DNA from: Octopus sinensis
Taxonomy: Eukaryota
Assembly (NCBI RefSeq): GCF_006345805.1
Contig: NC_043001.1
Coordinates: 48,112,001-48,176,000 of the forward strand
Direction of reading: 5' to 3'
DNA length: 64,000 nt
The notes under the pieces were generated by a model that was given only the letters and a program-made list of their open reading frames with translations, made no database searches and had not been told where the DNA came from. Shown here in pieces: positions 39,867-51,393 of the stretch; within the stretch, counting starts at the first letter, position 1; each line of letters opens with the position of its first letter. The translations under genes and the position numbers were made by a program.

Positions 39867-41987
39867 TATATATATATATATTATATATGCCATATAAATA
39901 GCAGAGTAGCTTTCTTCAACTGAATATACGTCGCCGATTGGTTAAAATTACCCAAATGGGACAACTTTAACACGAAATAACTTCTAAAATGCGAAATTTT
40001 ATCAAAAATGTTCAAAGTAAACCGTGTTCTGCGTGAGAAATTCCACCAGTATACGAAGTTTCAAACTGTTTATTTAAAAAAAAATAGTCAAAACATCTGT
40101 GAGCCAAACAACAGATCCATATAATTCTATTTTGATCTTCCTACACACAATTCTCCCACTCAAAAAACACTCCCTACCCTACATCCAATTCCTTCCTGTC
40201 CACTGTCTCCGTAGCCACAATTATGACATTGATTCACCAAACTCAAAGCATGTCTCTGCAAATTTCCGATGCGGATAACCATTCTTCACTTACCCAAACC
40301 GCTCTTTCACATTACTCATGATATCAAACGCTTATCTTGTCGCAAGCTTCGTGACCACTATCCGACTAACTGCCTCTCATTTGTCGTCATTTATTATCTC
40401 TTCACTTTGTCCTTCCCTAGGAGCATCTTCTCTTTCTGTCGTTGCCCCAATCCAACATCATAGCTCCCATTTCTAACTTCTCCCACAATAATATCCTTTC
40501 AGCGCGACTATAATCTCAGCAGTCTCCCTGTCCGAAGCTAATCTAAACACGTGATAGTCAGCAGGCGTGACAGGCTTCGTCTCATTGCCAGACCTAAGAT
40601 ATGTCGGTATTTCTACTATTGCCATTATACTGGAACTATATGTTGCTTATTGGGATACTCAACATCTTGAGAATGCGAATGCCCGAGAGTATATGGCCGA
40701 GGCAGCTGGAACGCAAGGTGATTAGGAACTACTACTTTTACTCTCTTTCTGTAGTTGCGTGGATTTAGTAGAAAGCTGTCAACATATATTACGATTCGCC
40801 AACGTTTACGAACATCCAGGTGACAACGGATAACTCTCTCTCTCTCCCTCACACACACACACACACACACACACATTCCTCACTCTCTTCCTAGTTCTCT
40901 GCTCGATTTCCAACTCAAGGTTATAGAGCAGGGATACATTTACACCAACTCTTGGTCAATCTTCATTATTTCTGTATTTAATCAATTTGCATCGCTTTGG
41001 CTTTTTAGCAATCTTCCCCGTAACACACATTACGTTGCGTTACTCAATTTACATTATGTTAGTATATACACACATATATAAAGTAAGCATGTTTTTTCCT
41101 GCGGTCGTGAAATAATTTTTTTCCTCGTCTAGGCTTATAGGCCCTCTTTATTTGTTTTCCTCTCCTGTTTCTATTCCTTCTTGTACTGTATTTCTTGTAA
41201 TTGTATTTTTATTTTGTATTTGTTTTTAATTGTATTGTTTTTACGTCCTGTTTTTGTCACATTTTTTTCCTTGTTTTTACCCCTCTGCAAAGGAATTTTA
41301 TTTAATTCTTTCGCAGGAAGGATTAGTTCGGGGAGACGTGTTCTGTCTTCACCTTCGAAACACGCTGGAGTTGAACTAGGGACGGCTGATGAAGGGGATT
41401 TTTCCTTGTGTAGTTGTCTTGTACTCTGTTTTTTCGTTGTTAAAGGAATGGTCCGTTCCATGCTGTTTTTATGTTTTCGTTTCTCGTTGAGTTCTACGTT
41501 TATTTGTGGTGTCCTGTACATAGTATATATATTTATATAGGCATGTATAACTACATGTAGATGTAGGTACGTACATATATGTTTGTATGTATGCATATAT
41601 TTTATTTATTACACTATATATTATATTTGTATATATATATATATATTATATATATATATATATATTTGTATATATATATATATTTGTATATATATATAAC
41701 TAATAAAAAAGGAGAAGAAAAAGGAGAAGAAAAAGGCAACAACGCAAGGGCGCGATACACGCAAAGTTTTAAAATAAGACTCTCAGAGAAGGAAAGAAGG
41801 ATTGTTTTGCTTTTCGAGCAAAGCTCTTCTTCACAAGTAGTGGGAGAGAGGAAAGTCCAACAGAAAAGGAAGGCGGGGATAAAAATCGCCTACATTTCAC
41901 ACGTGGAGCACCTAATTCGCTGAATTCTTTTACCATCAGATTACATCGCCTTATTCATTCGGAGTACACATTTCCGCACCTTCACTG

Positions 41988-42059
<72 letters not shown>

Positions 42060-42077
42060 ATAGATATGTGTGTTGTG

Positions 42078-42177
42078 NNNNNNNNNNNNNNNNNNNNNNN
42101 NNNNNNNNNNNNNNNNNNNNNNNNNNNNNNNNNNNNNNNNNNNNNNNNNNNNNNNNNNNNNNNNNNNNNNNNNNNNN
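42078..42177. other. Assembly gap (100 N)
   Basis: Run of 100 N. Confidence 1.
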
Positions 42178-42751
42178 TAAGCGACACAGATTTTACCTCA
42201 TGACTTCGAAATGAAAATAAAAGAACATGTATCACGAGATCAGTACGCGTAGTTATTTTATTTGTTATTTGTTAATTGCTATTGTCTATTGTTATATATA
42301 TATATACCATCAAAATAAAACAATGTAGATACAAATTTAGTTTCTATCTAACAAATTTCACTGAAAATAATAAAATATCACACTGAGATATATGAGAATA
42401 ACTCAACCACCCAGACATTATATGCTGTAACTTGTTTCAGCCGTAATGAAGTCCTGCCTTTTTGTATTCGTGGGTTTAGTTGGCCATTACGACACCAGTA
42501 TTTAAATATGCTACTTATTTAATAGCACTCTTCTTGTCGAACCGATTGTTTAGGGGACGAAAAAGGGGAATAACATCGATGCAACACCGGTGAAGCATAA
42601 AGATAGACACGATTACATATGGTTGTGATCAACTTTTCAGCGTAACTAGCAGTCCATTGAAATACTACATCACTTACGATATAATCTGTACATTTATGTG
42701 TGTGACAGTGCGTGCGGGGTGTATGCGTATACACACACAGTCATATATATA

Positions 42752-43150
42752 TGTGGTAAGTAGCTTGCTAACCAACCACATGATTCCGGGTTCAGTCTCA
42801 CTGCGTGGCATCTTGGGCAAGTGTCTTCTGCTATAGCCCCGGGCCGACCAATGCCTTGTGAATGGATTTGGTAGACGGAAACTGAAAGAAGCCTGTCGTA
42901 TATATGTATATATATATATATATATGAGTGTGTGTGCATATGTTTGTGTGTCTGTGTTTGTCCCCCAAGCATTGCTTGTCAACCGATGCTGGTGTGTTTA
43001 CGTCCCCGTCACTTAGCGGTTCGGCAAAAGAGACCGATAGAATAAGTACTGGGCTTACAAAGAATAAGTCCCGGGGTCGATTTGTTCGACTAAAAGCGGT
43101 GCTCCAGCATGGCCGCAGTCAAATGACTGAAACAAGTAAAGAGTAAAGAG
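42752..43150 (+). mobile_element. SINE family A copy
   Basis: Full body through the aaacaagtaaagagtaaagag tail. Confidence 0.85.
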
Positions 43151-43450
43151 TACATATGAATATATCTCTATATATAATGTCAAAGGGAAATGGAATTTAA
43201 TTAAAATTAAAACATTCAATCAAAATTTACATTTCCAGTGGTCTTACGTGCAAAAAAAAATTAGTCGAGATGACTATATATTAGTCATACGATATAGTGT
43301 ATATTTAAACACATAAGGAATCCACTTATAGGGAATTCGACACGCTAGAAAGAACAGCTAGGTTCTGTAAACCACATAAATAACGGATAAAATTGAATTC
43401 ACTATAAGTGGATTCCTTGTGTTTAAATATACACTATATCGTATGACTAT

Positions 43451-43529
<79 letters not shown>

Positions 43530-43599
43530 TCACATATATATATATATGTGGTTTTTATGTATGTATATATCTATGTGTGTGTGTGTGTGTGTGTGTAAG

Positions 43600-44270
43600 A
43601 ACAAAACGGCACCATGACGCAATTCACTCAGCCAGAAATTGGGAAATGCTGTAATTGCTTGGCATTTGCGCCGGAAGCATCAATAGAAACATATCAGTGA
43701 GTTTGAATGTCAATCTGTGAACAGTGTAATCTGAGTACATGGTGATTGGAGTGATCACTGGTGGTGGCATTGTTATGCCTCCATTCATCTTCCCACACGG
43801 CCCCAGACTCAACACGGGGGCCTACATCAAGTGCCTGGAGGAAGTAGTGCTGCCCTGGGTCAAGAGGATGCCTGCTGGAAGACCCTATGTCTGGTAACAG
43901 GACTTTGCATCATGCCACACAAGCATGAGTACCACATTACCCCTAAAATCTGGTCACCTAACTCTCCAGAATGCAACCGCCTTGGTTATTATGTGTGGGG
44001 CGCAGTTGAGCGAGAGACCAAAAAACTCCTTGTAACACCAAAGATGAACTGAAGGCAATTCTTAATATCGCATTCACCTACTGAAACAAGGAGACTGTCC
44101 AAAAGAGTTGCAGGAGATTCTGAAAAATCGTCTGCAGGTCTGTGGTTGAAGCCAATGGTGATTTTATGGAATAAATTTACTCTTAACTATTGCAAGACAT
44201 TTTTATGTTATTTTGGTAAATATATCTGTTAAAATGAGATGTCCGTGTTATTTTCATTTCTGCTTAATTT
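43600..44270 (+). mobile_element. Internally deleted Tc1/mariner (DD37D/maT-like) transposon
   Basis: MPPFIFPHGPRLNT..YIKCLEEVVLPW..GRPYVW..WSPNSPECNRLGYYVWGAVERET..TKDEL. Confidence 0.8.
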
Positions 44271-44302
44271 AGACGACACTTGGTGTATCTGTGAGTTTGT
44301 AG

Positions 44303-44373
<71 letters not shown>

Positions 44374-44418
44374 TTTGTGTGTGAGTGTATGTGCGTGTGT
44401 ATATATATGAGTGTGTGT

Positions 44419-44464
<46 letters not shown>

Positions 44465-44519
44465 AGATGTACTCGCATAGCAAGTGATTTGATCTGAGAT
44501 CGTGTGCTGAAACGAAAAC

Positions 44520-44796
44520 AATTGCAGCGTGGAAGGTGTTTGTAAGCCATTTAAGAAACACACAAAAGCCGTTCGATTCACTTCAACATTTAAGTTTAAT
44601 TTGTCAAAATATTTTCGTCGCTAAAATCCGCGACCTGTTCACTGAAAAAATCGTGCTGCACGGATTTTTGTCAGTGAACAGGTCGCGGATTTTAGCGACG
44701 AAAATATTTTGACAAATTAAACTTAAATGTTGAAGTGAATCGAACGGCTTTTGTGTGTTTCTTAAATGGCTTACAAACACCTTCCACGCTGCAATT
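44520..44796. repeat. 277-bp near-perfect palindrome (inverted pLTR-like) with an HHR in each arm
   Basis: 44520-44645 is the reverse complement of 44671-44796. The centre is also near-palindromic. Confidence 0.92.
44667..44716 (+). ncRNA. Minimal type I hammerhead ribozyme, G3-C8 variant
   Basis: TTTGTCA-GTGAACA-G-GTCGC ggatttta GCGAC-GAAA-ATAT-TT-TGACAAA: 7-bp stem I and palindromic stem III AATATT. A mirror copy lies on the minus strand at 44600-44649. Confidence 0.75.
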
Positions 44797-45320
44797 ATAT
44801 ATATATGTATATATATATATATGCATTTACGTATGTATATATGCATATATTATATAGTATGTATTTATGTCTCTATGAATGCATATGTGTATACGTGCTT
44901 TTATCTGTGTAACATAGTGTATGTATGACTTAAATGTAAATGTACTTAAGATTCCCGATCCGCACGACAAACAAACGATTAGTAAACTAAACACAACCAG
45001 TTTGATAGTCAACAGAGTTAAGTATTGTTGGCGTTGGAAATTGGCCTTCCAGGATGACCTGTAGACTACCTCACCTGACATGGGTATTTGGTGTATACTT
45101 GTACTTATGTGTACACGTGTATGTGTCCTTGCGTGTGCGTATGTTCGATTCTACATGGTAGATTACAGTTCGCAGCAATAATGCTGTTAGAGTGTTTAGT
45201 TAAATAAACAGCTTGAGATCCCACGTGTGTTTTTCGTTCTGCTTAGATAACTGTGTAATTACTGGGTGTGAACAAATATGGAAACGCACAAACATATTAT
45301 AATATATATATATAATATAT

Positions 45321-45347
<27 letters not shown>

Positions 45348-45351
<4 letters not shown>

Positions 45352-45994
45352 GCATTTACGTATGTATATATGTATATAGTATATAGTATGTATTTATGTC
45401 TCTATGAATGCATATGTGTATACATGCTTTTATCTGTTTAACATAGTGTATGTATGACTTACGTGTTTGTGTGTGCGCCCGTATGTGTGTGTGTTTGTTC
45501 ACGTCTGTGTGTGTGTCTGTGCACGTGCGCGTGTGTGTGAGTGTGCATGTCTGCGTGTGTGTATGTGTGTGCATGTGCATGTGCATCTGTGTGTGTGTGT
45601 GTGTGTAATATCCAGATTATGTGCCCTCCAATGTCGTTTTGAACGCTACAGCTTTGTCACATGGGAAATATACTATCAACGTCATCAAAGTAATATTAGT
45701 AACGAGTATAAAAACCACCCGAGCTCAGGAACCGTACAAGTTGTACATACACACATGCATGCATACATACATACATACATACATACATACACACATACAT
45801 ACATACATGCATACATACACACACATACATACATACATGCATACATACACACGTATATAAATGCATACACACATGCTTACAAGCATACATATACGTCCAT
45901 ACATAGCAGATTAATTTATACATTTATATATGCATGTATATGCATAGATACATATATGCATTTCTATATATATATACAAACACAGACATATATA

Positions 45995-46036
<42 letters not shown>

Positions 46037-46690
46037 TTTACGTATGTATATATGTATATAGTATATAGTATGTATTATGTCTCTATGAATGCATATGTGT
46101 TACATGCTTTTATCTGTTTAACATAGTGTATTATGACTTACGTGTTTGGGTGTGCGCCCGTATGGTGGTGTGTTTGTTCACGTCTGTGTGTGTGTGTCTG
46201 TGCACGTGCGGTGTGTGTGAGTGTGCATGTCTGCGGTGTTGTATGTGTGTGCATGTGCATGTGTGTGTGTGTGTGTGTGTAATATCCAGATTCTGTGCCC
46301 TCCAATGTCGTTTTGAACGCTAAGCTTTGTCACATGGGAAATATACTATCAACGTCATCAAAAAGAATATTAGTAACGAGTATAAAAACCACCGAGCTCG
46401 GAACCGTACAAGTTGTACATACAACACATGCATGCATACATACCTACATACATACATAACATACACACATACATACATACATGCATACATACACCACATA
46501 CATACATACATGCATACATACACACGTATATAAATGCATACACACATGCTTACAAGCATACATATCGTCCATACATAGCAGATTAATTTATACATTTATA
46601 TATGCATGTATATGCATAGATACATATATGCATTTCTATATATATATACAAACACAGACATATATATATATAATATTATATATATATATA
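45348..46690. repeat. ~680-bp microsatellite-rich tandem duplication
   Basis: Two copies start near 45348 and 46030, with a partial third near 44820. The second copy differs mainly by small indels. Confidence 0.85.
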
Positions 46691-46695
46691 TATAT

Positions 46696-46766
<71 letters not shown>

Positions 46767-47059
46767 CAATATACACTTGTGTATCTATCAATATACATTC
46801 ATATGTGTGTGTGTACGCGCGTGTGTCTATCACTATATATATATATATATATATATAAATTAAAGAAAAAGTAAGGACAAGTCAGGACAGGCTTATCAGA
46901 TCATATTGAAGATCTTAACGTAAAAGTGAATGAAAGTAGTGACAAGTAGGAGTAAATAATGTCTTACAACTGTTTCTGTGATCTCTTAGGTATTGGATCG
47001 ATGTTTCAATATGTTGATCAATATCCCCATACACTGCGTATTCTGTAATCAGTGACAAG

Positions 47060-47094
<35 letters not shown>

Positions 47095-47289
47095 TGTCTG
47101 TCTGTGCGGGAAAGTTACTTGGATTTACCTGGGATTACATGTATATATTTGTTTGTCTGCATTGTGTATCATCCCACCATCGCTTGACAACCGGTGTTGG
47201 TGTGTTTATGTCCCTGTAACAGCGGTTCGGCAAAATAGACCGATAGAATAAGTCCTGAGGTCGATTTGTTCGACTAAAGGCGGTGCTCC

Positions 47290-47720
47290 AGCACGATAGG
47301 AGTTCACTTTTTTCTGTAACGTTTACCGACAGCCGATATATTTTCCTCTTGCAGGGAGACAGTCAAACTTTTACCATAAAAAAATCACTTCACCAGTGCA
47401 TCGAAGAACTTAATTTATGTTCTCATATGTGGAAACTATTGTGGGGACTATATAGGTCAAACTAGCTTAACTATGAGGGATAGACCTACGGTGCACAGGC
47501 AACAAATCTGGGACTCCACGACTGGGAAAATTCCCGTAAGCAAGCACCTAGACCAATGCTCCGTAGGCATAAACCCGAAATACCAAATCGTCCCTCTCTA
47601 TCAATACACTCGATTCCAAAATATACCGCTACAAGCGAAAGCTCCTACGGAAAGAGGATCAGAAACTCTAGACCAAAATCCCTCTTTTTACTCTCTTCAT
47701 TTCTCCTTGTTTTTGCCTTT
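47290..47720 (+). mobile_element. Penelope-like GIY-YIG endonuclease fragment (copy 1)
   Basis: Across a frameshift: LLQGDSQTFTIK-NHFTSASKNLIYVLICG..DYIGQTSLTMRDRPTVHRQQI..PVSKHLDQC. Confidence 0.85.
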
Positions 47721-48114
47721 TAATTCAGTATGCCTAAAACTTTGATGATATCCATTTCTTGTCAATCACTACTAACATTAATGAGCTTTGTACATTCAAA
47801 CAAATTGATGTACAGTTTTAATATTATTGACTGCTATGAACATTTAAACTTGTCAACATTGAAATTCCTGTACCTGTCCTCTTAGATCATCATTCTAAAT
47901 TTGTGTGTTATGAACATTTTAATTTATTAACATCGAAACATCATAATTTGTTAACATTGAAGCTTTTAAACATGTTTTTCTAATTAATAATTTTAAACTT
48001 TTACGATTGAAAAACCCAAAATATTGTTGAAATTAGTTTGGTATATATGTAAATAAATGTATTTTAAACAATTACAAGTTTTCCAAATTCAGGTGCATTT
48101 TCAACAAATTTGCC

Positions 48115-48158
<44 letters not shown>

Positions 48159-48162
48159 ATAT

Positions 48163-48193
<31 letters not shown>

Positions 48194-48396
48194 TGTGTCT
48201 GTCTGTGTGCGGGAAAGTTACTTGGATTTACCTGGGATTACATGTATATATTGTTTGTCTGCATTGTGTATCATCCCACCATCGCTTGACCAACCGGTGG
48301 TGGTGTGTTTATGTCCCTGTAACAGCGGTCGGCAAAATAGACCGATAGAATAGATAAGTGCTGAGGTCGATTTGTTCGACTAAAGGCGGTGCTCCA

Positions 48397-48810
48397 GCAC
48401 GATAGGAGTTCACTTTTTTCTGTAACGTTTACCGACAGCCGATATATTTTCTTTGCAGGAGACAGTCAAACTTTTACCATAAAAAAATCACTTCACCAGT
48501 GCATCGAAGAACTTAATTTATGTTCTCATATGTGGAACTATTGTGGGGACTATATAGGTCAAACTAGCTTAACTATGAGGGATAGACCTACGGTGCACAG
48601 GCAACAATCTGGGACTCCACGACTGGGAAAATTCCCGTAAGCAAGCACCTAGACCAATGCTCCGTAGGCATAAACCCGAAATACCAAATCGTCCCTCTCT
48701 ATCAATACACTCGATTCCAAAATATACCGCTACAAGCGAAAGCTCCTACGGAAAGAGGATCAGAAACTCTAGACCAAATTCCCTCTTTTTACTCTCTTCA
48801 TTTCTCCCTT
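48397..48810 (+). mobile_element. Penelope-like GIY-YIG endonuclease fragment (copy 2 of a ~1.1-kb tandem duplication)
   Basis: Near-identical to 47290-47720. Contains CGDYIGQTSLTMRDRPTVHRQQ. Confidence 0.85.
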
Positions 48811-49213
48811 GTTTTTGCCTTTTAATTCAGTATGCCTAAAACTTTGATGATATCCATTTCTTGTCAATCACTACTAACATTAATGAGCTTTGTACATTCA
48901 AACAAATTGATGTACAGTTTTAATATTATTGACTGCTATGAACATTTAAACTTGTCAACATTGAAATTCCTGTACCTGTCCTCTTAGATCATCATTCTAA
49001 ATTTGTGTGTTATGAACATTTTAATTTATTAACATCGAAACATCATAATTTGTTAACATTGAAGCTTTTAAACATGTTTTTCTAATTAATAATTTTAAAC
49101 TTTTACGATTGAAAAACCCAAATATTGTTGAAATTGGTTTGGTATATATGTAAATAAATGTATTTTAAACAATTACAAGTTTTCCAAATTCAGGTGCATT
49201 TTCAACAAATTTG

Positions 49214-49285
<72 letters not shown>

Positions 49286-49667
49286 TGTTTCTCAGTCTGT
49301 ATTTGTCATCGCATCATCGCTTGAAATTCCATGTTGGTATGTTTACGTCCCCGTAACTTAGCGGTTCGGTAAAGTAACCGATAGAATAAGTCCTGGGGTT
49401 GATTTGTTCGACTGAATGCGGTGCTCCAGCATGGCCACAGTAAACTGACTGGAAAAGGTAAAAGAATAGAAGAATAGAATATTATATGTATTATATAAAA
49501 GGTTATATAGATTATATATAAAAGATTGTTATATAACAAGGAAAAGAACAAAAGAATTATATACATAGTAGTGTAGCTCATTCAGCGGTGGTGCCCCAGC
49601 ATAGCCGCGGCCTTCGGGCTGTAACATTTTTAAGGATTAAGGAGTTTTATATATATATATATATATA

Positions 49668-49729
<62 letters not shown>

Positions 49730-49908
49730 AAAAATATGGTAAAGTAAAAAAATTCACTTTACCACACACCGAACTTTTCGGAAATAGTAGCCAAAAATTT
49801 GGCTATTTCTTCAACTGCAAATAAAAGTCTCCAGACAATGCATACTCAGAAAATAACTCATATAGGTGTAAGGGAAAAACAATAAAAGATCACATCCATA
49901 TACGATAC

Positions 49909-49968
49909 CCGAGGACAGTCTGTTTCTGGATTTGTGGGTAAAACGCCACTTTTCCTTCATCAGCTCAG
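49909..49968 (-). ncRNA. Type I hammerhead-like ribozyme (560-bp unit A)
   Basis: CTGAG-CTGATGA-A-GGA aaa GTGG cgttttac CCAC aaa TCC-A-GAAA-CAGACTG-TC-CTCGG. Near-palindromic stem III ACAGACTGT, with A.A at the base of stem II. Confidence 0.75.
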
Positions 49969-50468
49969 AGATTTCTTCTGATTTAGATTTGAAAATACTA
50001 AGAATCAAACATACCCGTCCGATATCTGTAACATCGGACAAACCATGCCAGGCACCCAGTACTAGCGAATCCAAAAATACGAATGAGATCTATTATTCTC
50101 CCTGTCCACCCACGTGAGTCATAGAGCATTACATTTCTACAGAGGTAAAAACTGCAGTTCAAATTCTTGGAGAGAAAGCATTATATTGTCATCAAAAAAG
50201 GGGTAGAATTAATTAATTGTTAATAAATTCGACCAAGCAGTATTCGGTATGTAAAGACCATTTACGGTATATTTGAAGTATTAATTTATAAAAATATGGT
50301 AAAGTAAAAAATTTCACTTTACCACACACCGAACTTTTCGGAAATAGTAGCCAAAAATTTGGCTATTTCTTCAACTGCAAATAAAAGTCTCCAGACAATG
50401 CATACTCAGAAAATAACTCATATAGGTGTAAGGGAAAAACAATAAAAGATCACATCCATATACGATAC

Positions 50469-50528
50469 CCGAGGACAGTCTGTTTCTGGATTTGTGGGTA
50501 AAACGCCACTTTTCCTTCATCAGCTCAG
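50469..50528 (-). ncRNA. Type I hammerhead-like ribozyme (unit B)
   Basis: Identical to unit A. Confidence 0.75.
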
Positions 50529-51025
50529 AGATTTCTTCTGATTTAGATTTGAAAATACTAAGAATCAAACATACCCGTCCGATATCTGTAACATCGGACA
50601 AACCATGCCAGGCACCCAGTACTAGCGAATCCAAAAATACGAATGAGATCTATTATTCTCCCTGTCCACCCACGTGAGTCATAGAGCATTACATTTCTAC
50701 AGAGGTAAAAACTGCAGTTCAAATTCTTGGAGAGAAAGCATTATATTGTCATCAAAAAAGGGGTAGAATTAATTAAGTGTAATAAATTCGACCAAGCAGT
50801 ATTCGGTATGTAAAGACCATACGGTATATTTGAAGTATTAATTTATAAAAATATGGTAAAGTAAAAAAATTCACTTTACCACACACCGAACTTTTCGGAA
50901 ATAGTAGCCAAAAATTTGGCTATTTCTTCAACTGCAAATAAAAGTCTCCAGACAATGCATACTCAGAAAATAACTCACATAGGTGTAAGGGAAAAACAAT
51001 GAAAGATCACATCCATATACGATAC

Positions 51026-51085
51026 CCGAGGACAGTCTGTTTCTGGATTTGTGGGTAAAACGCCACTTTTCCTTCATCAGCTCAG
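51026..51085 (-). ncRNA. Type I hammerhead-like ribozyme (unit C, downstream of the LINE)
   Basis: Identical to unit A. Confidence 0.75.
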
Positions 51086-51393
51086 AGATTTCTTCTGATT
51101 TAGATTTGAAAATACTAAGAATCAAACATACCCGTCAGATATCTGTAACATCGGACAAACCATGCCCATTTCTTTATTACCCACTAGGGGCGACATAGAG
51201 AATACATACAATCACGAATGATGAGAAAAAATAATTATGAACATTTGGGGTCGGTTTAAAAATCGGAAATGAAAAATAAATCGAATGGTTACACAATAGA
51301 TACAATTAACAAAATACAAGATGCAGTGGGGCGGGTCCGCGACCCCATGCTCCCCGCCACGACACTTAGCCTTGTGGTTTCCTTATTTCCTTC

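Noticed and set aside
49811-51125. 61-87-aa ORFs in the 560-bp units
   Set aside because: No motif support, present on both strands, and explained by the repeat.
51140-51166. LINE target as a U2 snRNA, 5S rRNA or tRNA gene (usual Tx1 targets)
   Set aside because: Only a faint 5S box-C-like tagtact match. There is no U2, 5S or cloverleaf structure in the unit.
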